From: the human T2T-CHM13v2.0 reference genome, Homo sapiens
NCBI RefSeq assembly: GCF_009914755.1
Contig: NC_060939.1
Direction: 5' to 3' (one strand)
DNA length: 64,000 nt
Part shown: piece after piece, positions 50,353-60,095 of the stretch
Layout of the letters: every line of letters begins with the position of its first letter
Position numbering within the stretch: position 1 is the first letter of the stretch
Notes under the pieces: model-generated
Told to the model about the DNA's origin: nothing
Database searches by the model: none
What the model saw: only the letters and a program-made list of their open reading frames with translations
Position numbers and translations under genes: made by a program

Positions 50353-51252
50353 AACGGCTACCAGGAAAAGGAGTTTTATTAACACAGTTTATTTGTACAT
50401 AGGATAAAGTCAAAGGGAATTATAATGGTAGGAGACAGAGAATACTCAACAGCAGGGAAAACTCAAAAATTACCCTTGCTTTTGTGACTTGAAGTTGCTT
50501 ACCACCTGTGTCATTGGGAAAGTATGTCTGCATCTCAAGAATAGCTCATATGTGATCTCCTCACCATTATTATGATAATGTAGCATTAATTCAGCATTTA
50601 CCATGTGCCAGTCATTGTATGAGGCCTTGGTATATGGTTTCTTAAAAATTGTTGTTAAGGCAAAGACAACTCTTCTCCCTCCTGCCTTTCTTCTCAGCAC
50701 CATTTTTGTTTGATGCCACACTTGTGACATTTGGAACTCGCAGAGGTCCTGCCTTCAAAGAAAAAGCTCTCCTGGCTCCTCTTCAGAGAAGGCCATTCTC
50801 ACACAGGGCTCACCTGTGAGGCTGTGGGACCAAGAGCTCCCTGAGTCCACAAACCAGACCTGCCTTTGCGGCCACTCCTGTTGGGGTTGTGGGTTAATTG
50901 CTGCACTGTGTTTTGGTGCCGATTTTAAGGCATATTTTTATATACACATTTTCTCAAAAGTGCAAATTTGGTGTCAGGTTTTATATATAGGTCACCATAA
51001 TTTGTATTATGTCCCCTCATTCAAGGAAGGTGTCTGTTAAACTTGTTAATAAAAACAGAAAGAAATGGTTTTTTTTAAAGTTTTGTGGTTGTTGTCATCG
51101 TGAAGCAGTACCAGTATTCAAAGGCCAGATTTGTCTGGTTTTACAGTTCATGCTCTTAAACACAAGACCATTCAAGTTCCAGAGTCATATTCGTGAACAG
51201 TTTACACATTGGTTAAAATTTATGAGCAAGTTTCTCCCCAATTGCCCTTCAT

Positions 51253-51295
<43 letters not shown>
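51253..51295. repeat. (CT)n(CA)n microsatellite
   Basis: read directly from the sequence. Confidence 0.95.
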
Positions 51296-52040
51296 ACTAC
51301 ACACCACTGACCCTCACTCTTTCTCCCTGCCCAGGGAGACAATTCAATGCCATCATCACATTGCTCAGGGAGCCCAGGCTGAATCTAACGGTGGGAAGCT
51401 TCCTACTGCCCTCTGACGTCTCCTGTCTCTTTCACAGACTCTTCTCCCTTTGTCCAGCCCATGAGTGTGTTTGGTTCTTGGAATTCCATCTCTGGCCCAG
51501 TCTTCTTCCTACCCTACATGCTTTCCTCCCCACCCTTAGCTTCCACCCACACGCAACCCTTTGCTCACACCACCCCCATCCGTGACTCCAGGCAAGATCT
51601 TGCTCCTGACCTCAGGCTGTGTAACTACAGCTGCTTCCTTCCCTGTGGCCACCTCGGCCTAGCCACTGGATTGTGAGGTCCTCAAAGATGAGAACCACGC
51701 CTCACTCAGCTTCACGCATCCTGCATTTCATATATTTTTAAATATAATATATAAACATGTAAGTGAATGAATAAGTGGGTTCAATTACTGTCTGTTTCAT
51801 GAATAACAAGTTAAGGTAAAAAGAGAAAGAAAAACTTTAAAAGGAGAAGCCATACGTAGCTTTGTCTTCTCACCTAAGATAGAATGTGCTAGAGTGGATT
51901 CCACGAGATAGAACAGGTGTGCTAGACAGTGGCATGGGCAAGTATGCTTGCCAAATACTAGATTTTAAAAATAATTAAGCGGGACATTTTGATCCTCTAA
52001 TATACATTACTACAGTTCAAATATTCAAAATATATACATA

Positions 52041-52385
52041 AAATCAGGTATCACTTAATAACAGGGATACCTTCTGAGAAATGTGTCATTAGGTGATTTT
52101 GTCCTATGTGAACATCAGAGTGCACTTACACAAACCTAGATGATAGAGCCTACTACACAACTAGGCTAGATGGTGTAGCCTATCGCTCCTAGATTACAAA
52201 CCTGCTCTGCATGTTACTGTACTGAATACTGTAGGCAACTGTAGCACAATGGTAAGCACTTGTGTATCTAAACATATTTAAAAGTAGAGAAAGTACAGTA
52301 AAAATAAGATATCATAATCTTATGGGACCACTGTTGCATATACAGCCCATCATTGATGAAAATGTAGTTATGTGCCACGTGACTA
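52041..52385 (-). mobile_element. Tigger3a (MER7A) Tc1/mariner-type non-autonomous element, TA TSD
   Basis: TTCTGAGAAATG, ACTTACACAAACCTAGATG, CATGTTACTGTACTGAATACTGTAGGCAA, ATAATCTTATGGGACCAC; TA on both flanks. Confidence 0.92.
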
Positions 52386-53148
52386 TATTTTACATTTTTC
52401 AGCACTTGTTAAATGTATTTGATTACATTTCTGTTTGGGTTTGTTTGTTTATTTAGTACACATTCACTGTTCTGCAGACTGAGATTCTATAGTTAACCAA
52501 TTGGGAGAACTACGCCCTGGAATATAGGATCCTTGATTAGTCACTGCTCATAAGAAAATAATTTTTAAAACAACAACAACAAAAACCCTTCAAAATTGAC
52601 ACAATGGTTGTATTCAGAGCTTTTAACCTTTTCTAAGAACAAATCAGTGGATCTATGCAGACACAAAAGAGACTGAGACTTGGCCTCCCGGGAACCACAC
52701 CCCAGAGGGCGGGGGATCTGGACGTGGCCACACTTCAGGTCGCTCGGGTTTTCTATCCATCAGGCCACCACTGGCAACTCACTTGCTATGATGAATACCG
52801 CTTTCTTCCTGCAGCCGCAAGTCAGTGACATTTTGGTCATGAAACCCACATGCACTGGCTCTAAACTGCAGCGCCTCTCTGGGGTCTGGGGGTGGAGGGT
52901 GACTCCTCATGCTACAGCAGCTGCAGGAAGCGCTGGGTGACATCACCTCCCCCTAAGCCAAGAAGGTCAGGCCCAGAGCAGCCATCTTTGGACAGAAAAC
53001 ACACAAATAATCCACCTCTTTCCACCCTGGAGAATGAGCTCACAACTGCGGGGGGCCCAGCTCTGTATGCATGCCAGGTGATGTCAGGGTGAGTGTCCTG
53101 GCATCCTGACACTCTGCAGGTGCTCCATTCATGGACACCCCACAGTCC

Positions 53149-53163
53149 ACACCAGATGGCAGC
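53149..53163 (+). promoter_or_regulatory. candidate CTCF binding motif
   Basis: ACACCAGATGGCAGC vs the core CCACCAG(A/G)(T/G)GGC(A/G)(G/C)C; one mismatch at the first base. Confidence 0.5.
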
Positions 53164-53979
53164 GTGGGAGAGGGACATCAGCTCTAGACCTTCCCTCACT
53201 TCTAGTTATAAGCCTTTGGGGGACTGACTCGCCCATTTTCTTGGACTGTGTTATATGAATGTTGGGCCAATCATAATGGGATAGATACTGGGGTAGGGTG
53301 GGGATGGAGAAGGGCTTCTCTAGAGGTTTCTGTACAAATAAAATTCCTGGCAATAAGCTCTCACTTCTATCATCAACTGCTATTCTCTGGGTCATGGAAA
53401 ATCCTGCATGGTTGGTCACACAGGGGGATGGAGTGGAAAAGTTGAAAGAGAACTGATTGGCTCTCGGAAAGGTGAACAGAGCTATAATAGAATGGAAGAG
53501 AAGCCCACACAACAAGTTGGACAACCTGACACCTAACCTGGGCTTCCCGATTCCGGACTTTGCTTTGTCCAAAGCCAAGTGGCAAAGAGAGTTCAAAATT
53601 ACCCTGTATTTTGATTCCATGAAAAATGAGATTTTTTGTTGTTGTTCAATTGCTGATACACTTGGCCTTACTATACCCTGCTTTCTCATCGCAAATAGAA
53701 AATGGGCATGAATATAAATAGTGTGTTTCTTTGAATCCCTCAAAAGAAAAGTTTCCAGTTTGACACCCACATTTAAATTGCCTATAATTTCCTCATTGGA
53801 ATCTTTGAAGCCCAAGGCCTTTCTGTGTCAGGAGGTGACTGTTGATCTGCCTGACAGATGACGTGTCGGGGACACTCACATGGTTACCTTAGAAAGATGT
53901 ACCCTTAAAAGGAAGAAGTCCCATCAAGCATTGACTCCAGCATTTAATCTCATGCCGGAAGCTGACTGAGGTGGCTATT

Positions 53980-54132
53980 TAAGGAAGGAAAGGAGACAAG
54001 GAAGACAGGAGGGAGAGAAAGCAGGACAAATGGAAAGAGGAAATGGAGAGATGGTATGGGGAAAGGGAAAAGAAAGGAAGGGAAGCATGGAGGGAGGAAG
54101 AGATGGAAGGAAGGAGGAAAAGGGGGAAGAAA
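53980..54132. repeat. purine-rich GA/GGAA low-complexity tract
   Basis: read directly from the sequence. Confidence 0.85.
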
Positions 54133-54984
54133 ACTTGAGCTAATGAGGAGCCCATTGGATTCTGTAAATAAACCACAGAAACAATGAAGCCTGGTTCTTC
54201 TGAAAAGGGTTCCCACTTTCCCCAACTTCATCCTGGTTCAACCAGCCTCAAGACTGAGGCGACTCAGGCAGCTGTCAGCGGCTTCAGCCTGCAGTCCCAG
54301 TGGGCTGTGAGTCACGGGCTGCGCTGCAAGCAGGCTGCTCTGAGAGAGCCCTGGAGAGCTGGCCGTGGGTGTTCAGACCATTCCTGCTGCTGGTCAGGAA
54401 CGTCCCTTCAGGAAGTTCGTTCACTCCAAGGTCGTTCTCTTTAGGATTTAATGAACAAGCCACAAAAATGAAGGGGACCCAAGGTTTGAATCCTGAAGCC
54501 CCAAACAATATGCCAGCCAGTTTATTTTTCCTCTTGGAGCTTAGCACATCCTTCAGGAAACTGCAGAAAAGAGTGACCTCGTCGTGAAGGTTCCTGCCTG
54601 TAAAAGACACAGTCCTTTCATGGCACACAGATGCCTCTGGCAGGGCAGAGGAAAATGCTTCAACTTCGACAAAAGAGGCATCTCTACCTGCTGTCAACAG
54701 CTGGCTCCTGGCAGAACTGGGAAGGTCCAGGGACAAGAATCTGAATCCTACATCCTCAGCCTACTGGGGCCAACAGCACCTTTGCCTCTCAGCACCCATC
54801 AATCACAGCCCTCCACCAGCTCATCCTCGATGAGTTGTCCCTAAGCAGTTCAGCCCCATAGCCTTCTCTTGGGATGACTCCAGGCTTTCCCCACACTTCT
54901 GTCATTACCAAGCTGAACAAAACAGCTCCTCTCCTGGAATTCATCCAGCTGCCGACTTGCGAGGGTACATGAGCAGCTGTTGTT

Positions 54985-55300
54985 ACAGTGGAGAGAAGAG
55001 GGTGTGGGCTTTAGAGTCAGACAGCCAGGGCTCGAATTCCAGTTCTGCAATTACTTGCTGGTGACCTTGGGAAAGTAACTTAACTTCTCTGAGACTCAAC
55101 TTTCCTATGCTAGAAGTCATGATAATAATAGTAGGGTCGTTATGAGGATTGCATGTGTCATCTCTCTGAGAGCAGAGAAACTGTCTATTTATTAGTGTTT
55201 AACCCACATAAAGCATTGAGTAAATATTTATTGAATACATGCAAAATGCTTCACACAGTGTTTAGCACATAGACGACTGCAATGAATGGATAGTATTATC
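54985..55300 (+). mobile_element. MIR with a nested L2-like tail fragment (about 55156-55238)
   Basis: GGCTTTAGAGTCAGACAG..GTGACCTTGGGAAAGTAACTTAACTTCTCTGAG..TGAGGATT, insert, then GCAAAATGCTT.ACACAGTG..TAGCACATAG. Confidence 0.8.
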
Positions 55301-55361
55301 TTCCTTCTCTTTATTTTCTGCCTCTCTCAATGCTTCCCATGGAGGAGCTTATTTTGACCCT

Positions 55362-55803
55362 TGTGTCAGTCAGGGTCCCAGCAGGAAACAGATGTTGTGT
55401 TCCAAATGGGGAGATCTTCATGAAGGAGCCATCTGCAGGGGTGGCTGAGAGAACCAACAGGGAGAGTTAAGCATCCCACAAGTAGCCACAGCAGAAAGGT
55501 GCCAACTCTCCTCTCCCTGGAGGGTCAAGCAGGGAGCTGCTACCAGAGCCCTAAGTGAGAGAGCTATAGCTGTGAGGCCAGCTGCAGAGGATCCAAACCC
55601 TTCAGGGAACAGCAGAGCAGGGAGGGAAAAGGGGAAATTAACACCCAAGCCTTCCTCTCCTCCCACTCTATGATCTCTTGCTGCTGCCTCCCAATGGCCA
55701 AGCCCAATATCCACTGATGAGATCCTTGTAAATCAGCTTCCACAGAGCAGCCCAGAGAAGGGTAGGCTGGATCTAGCAGTGCAAATGGAGAAAATCTAGC
55801 ACA
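55362..55803 (-). mobile_element. ERVL solo LTR, LTR33 family
   Basis: TGTGTCAGTCAGGGTCCCAGCAGGAAACAGATG start; TGCCTCCCAATGGCCAA; GCAAATGGA.AAAATCTAGCACA end. Confidence 0.75.
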
Positions 55804-56719
55804 GCCATTAAATCTCCAAGGATTTATGTGAATAGTCATCTTTCCTCATCTACATAGGTTCTTCTGCAGATTTACACTACAAAAGACAATATCTTCTCAA
55901 AAAAAGCTGAGATCAACAGGAGACTTTAGATTCAAAGATGATATGAACCACAATTTCACCTTGTACGTCTTCCTGTTGGGGGAATCTAAACAACTGGAGC
56001 ACAGCTGTTCCATGGAGCTGGTTCCACAGCTGTATCACACCTTTGCTGCCCTTTCTCATACTACAAATTTTTACATGTAAAATCTAGAAATGGACATATT
56101 TCCATGCCTTGAAAACAATAGAAGGTGAATCCAGGCATGAATAACCTATAGGTAATTTTCTATGTTTGCAATATATGGGTATTTTTAAATACATAATAAT
56201 TAAAATCTACTGACACTTTCCTGTCATCTTTGTATTGCATATTGTGTTTGTAAGAAGAAATTCTAGGCTTGAAGAGCTAAATAAGTCCACTGCTAAAGTG
56301 CTGGCATATTGGTGGCAGGGGATAAGCCAGATAGCAATTGGAAGCCAGTTCTGCAGAGGCCCCCTGGTCTTTGAAGGTTGGCATTCACTTTCCCAACACT
56401 GCACAGGTTGGGTGGACATCCTGCTAACTGGCATTCAGCCCTACTACCCAACAGCTGCCAAGAGGCCCAACGCCTTCACTGGATGTGGAACTCAGTGCTG
56501 GTATCTGAACACTAGCCCTCTAGAGGGTCAGCTTCATCTGTTAAGTGTATGCAAAAATGTATAAAGCAAGACGATAACCATGTTAAAATGAAAGCATACT
56601 CACAGTGAGGCATGGTTAGTTCTTCATGGACTCTGCTTCAATCTAGTTACCTGGCCCTGAGAAAATGGCTGTATTTAGAAATGGATGGAAGAAATGAAGG
56701 TGTTGATGAGGATAGCCAA

Positions 56720-56975
56720 GAATTTTGGAGCATTTCTTTTGTTCTAGACACTACACTAACTGACTCACATAGGTTAACTCAACCCCATGGCCCCCTACCC
56801 CGCCTCGCAAATAAGCATATGTTGTAGATTTTCCTTTAGAGATGAGGAACACAAAGCCAAGTGATATTAAGTTACTTGCCTAAGATAACAAAGCTGATGA
56901 GTGGAAGAGCTGGGATTGAAAATCAAGCAGTCTAACTCCAGATTGTACTTTTAACCACCAGACGATTCTGCCTCT
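56720..56975 (-). mobile_element. MIR
   Basis: AGATGAGGAA, TTAAGTTACTTGCCTAAGAT, AGAGCTGGGATT, CAGTCTAACTCCAGA..TTTAACCAC. Confidence 0.8.
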
Positions 56976-57261
56976 GATTATGTTCCCTAAATATTCAGAG
57001 AGAGAGAGAGAAAAAAATTGGAAGAACATGTATTTTTCAACTTAAAAGCAGCTTGCTTCAGAGAGTGAGATAATAAGTGAATGTTTCTCTCTACTTTCTA
57101 CTTTTTTGCTCTTTATTTTATTTAGGAGTCAATATATTAATTTCATAATGGAAAACATAAACTTCATGTCAAAAACCTATTTGAGGAATCTGGTTCTGTT
57201 ATGAAAGTATGAGTCCCCTATAGCCTAGACCTCTTGCAGATGACAACTGCAAACCCTACAC

Positions 57262-58615
57262 AGAATAGAAGCCAAGAATAGGCCAACACATATATAGTCA
57301 ACTGATTTTCATTTAAGGTGCTAAGGCAATTTAATGAGGAAAGAATAGCCTTTCCAACACATGCTACCAAATCAATTACCTATCCATAAAGGAATAAATG
57401 AATATTGACCCCTAACTCTCTTCATATACAAAAAGGAATTTGAAATGGATCACAGACTTCCATGCAAAATATAAAATTACAAAACTTCTAAAAAAGATAA
57501 AGGAGAAAAGTTTTGTAACCTTGGAGTGGGCAAACTTTTCTTAGGAAGAAAGTAAAAATAATGGAGCATTTATTAGAAATGTTGTTTGCTCAATGCTACT
57601 TCATCACAATTAAACACTTTTATTCTGTGAAAAATACCATTAAGAAAACAGACAGGCAAGCCACTGCCTAGGAGAAAATATCCAAAGGACTTGTAACCAA
57701 AATGTATAGAGAACCCTTACAACTCAATAATTACTTACAATTATTGAACTAGACAAACAACCTATTTTCTTTAATGGGCGATGAAAGTTGAACAGACACT
57801 TCAAAAGAGTATCTATCAAGGGCTAAAATCATATATAAAGATGTTTAACATCATTGGTCATCAGGGAAATGTAAGTGAAAACCACAGTGAAATATCACTC
57901 CACATCCATCAGAAAGATTTAAATTAAAAAGACCAACCATACTAAGCGTTGGCAATGATGCAGAGCAAGCAGAACTTGTATACACTACTGGTGGAAATAG
58001 CAAATGATACAAATTTTTTGGAAAAGTGTTTTGTAGATTCTAAAGCTAAACATAAACCTACCATACAATGTTTGGAATGACCCAGCAATTCTACACCAAG
58101 TAAATAAAAACACATGTTCACATAAAGACTCATACATGAATATTCACAGCCACTTTATCTGTAACAGACAAAAACTGGAAACAACCTAAATGTCCATCAA
58201 TAGGTGATTAGATAAACAAATTGTGATATATCTATACAATAGTACTCAGAAAACAGAGCAGACTGTTGATACAACAATATGGATGAATCTCAAAATCATT
58301 ATTTTGTGTAAACAAATACAAAACCCCCTGAAAATAGAATACATATTGTATTATTCCATTTACATATTTATATAAAAATCTAAAAAATGCAAACTAGTAT
58401 GTAGTGGCAAAGAGTAGATCATTTGTTGCCTGGAAATGAAGGTGGAGGGAAAGATGGATTACAAAGAAGCATGAGGGATCTTTTCAGAAAAATGGAAATC
58501 TTTGTTATATTGGTTATAGTGATGGTTTCATGAGCATATACATTCATCATAGCTCATCAAATTGAATTAAATATATGCAGTTTGTTGTATATCTTCAAAG
58601 TTGCTTTCAAAAAAA
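57262..58615 (+). mobile_element. old L1M (MC/MD/ME class): ORF2 3' part and 3'UTR
   Basis: CAACTGATTTT, CTTTCCAAC, GTCATCAGGGAAATG..AAAACCACA, AACTGGAAACAACCTAAATGTCCATCAA, GGATGAATCTCAAAA. Confidence 0.88.
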
Positions 58616-59069
58616 CCTTTTCTGCTGAGATCCTTGTCTTAGCAACTAGACAGCAGCTGTAGCCTCAGCACCCCGCACCCTAGTTTGCTCTTCCCCAAAA
58701 AGCAACCATTGGGTTTATCATGGCAGTTCTGACTCACCATTCTGGGAAGCCGCCTTTTCCTTCTCTGTCTTGCAACCCTTCACCTTTCATCTGTATAGCC
58801 CTTTGATTTTTTTTTTCAAAGCTTTTACTGCACTGTAGTCACATGCATGCATTTAACTTATAAGAATGCAAGTATACACACACGAGGTAATAAAGAAAAG
58901 CAATTACAGCCTGTACAAGAAAGAGAAACAATGGGTGGTTCCATCTACCATTTCATTCCAAGAGTTTGAGAAGGGTGATGTGACCGCTTTTCCTCCGGCT
59001 GGTTCCATTGCTCCTATGTCTCCTATGTCATTTTAGGAGAATCTCATCATGTGAAGTAAAATTCTACTG

Positions 59070-59230
59070 GTGTTTGTTTGTTTGGTGAGAGGGTGTCACT
59101 CTGTTACCCAGGCTGGAGAGTAGTGGCACAATCATATCTCGCTGTAACCTCGCACTCCTGGGCTCAAGCAATCCTCCCACCTGAGCCTCCCTGGTAGCTA
59201 GGACTATAGATGCACACCATCAAACCTGGC
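59070..59230 (-). mobile_element. free right Alu monomer (FRAM) with TSD TTCTACTG
   Basis: right-arm sequence only (CTCCTGGGCTCAAGCAATCCTCCCACCT..GCCTCC); TTCTACTG at 59062-59069 and 59231-59238. Confidence 0.88.
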
Positions 59231-59574
59231 TTCTACTGTTTAAAAGACACCTTTTTTGGTACAACAGAGCCTCTAAATGCAAATCAAGTGGTTCATCTGT
59301 TGTGGTTGTTGTTCACTTTTTAGATTTTTTTTCTTACCTTTGCTGATAATTGCATTTCATAATCACATCAACTTTAAGTTGTGTTGAATTTGTGTTGCTC
59401 TCAGTTATATTAAATCCTACTTTTTGATAAGCCATTTTATTTATTAAGTTTGTTGCATGAATGATGAAACAATGAACACAGGAGCAAGAAAAGAAAGCAA
59501 CATGGGTGAAACTTAGGTTCAGTTTTATTTCCAGTTTAACCATGCTTCCTTAAATGGAAATGCTAATATATCCC

Positions 59575-59700
59575 TTTTTAAAATTTTAGGTTCAGGGGCA
59601 CAGGTGCAGGTTTGCTATATAGGTAATTGTGTTTCAAAAAGGTTTTAGTGTACACATTATTTCGTTACCTAGGTAATAAGCATAGTACCCAGTAGCTTTC
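59575..59700 (-). mobile_element. short L1PA15/16-like 3' end
   Basis: TTTTAGGTTCAGGGG..GTGCAGGTTTG..AGGTAATAAGCATAGTACCC. Confidence 0.8.
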
Positions 59701-59904
59701 CCGTGCTTCATTTTATACTCAACTGAAGAAACAATGATCTGTCCAGAAATGGAAAAATGTTGATTGTATTGGACTTATCAGGAAAAAGAATGTTCATCTC
59801 CTACATGGACTCTTAACAATTCATGAGGATAATTTTACTATACTTGATTATCATCATAGGTGATGATTTTAGAACCCCCATGTAAGATCAAATTTACTAC
59901 ATCT

Positions 59905-60095
59905 TTTGGGGTTTTCAGAATAGCCCCATAAGGTGGCCAGAGAAAATATTATCCACACTTGACAGAGGAGGAAACAGGGCCTCAGGGAGATTGTGACTTG
60001 CTAGTTACACAGCTAATAAGGGACGTCCCCCTTTCAAGAACTCAGGTCTTCAGACCGCAAGTCTAGTATTCCTTGAACCATATCACCACCTCCAC
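59905..60095 (-). mobile_element. MIR
   Basis: ACAGAGGAGGAAAC.GGGCCTCAG, GTGACTTGC, TTACACAGCTA, GAACTCAGGTCT. Confidence 0.7.

Noticed and set aside
52680-53100. CpG island promoter
   Set aside because: CpG density is raised only modestly and appears below island criteria.
54284-54736. 150-aa minus-strand ORF
   Set aside because: No recognisable homology, and the length is compatible with chance in a GC-richer patch.
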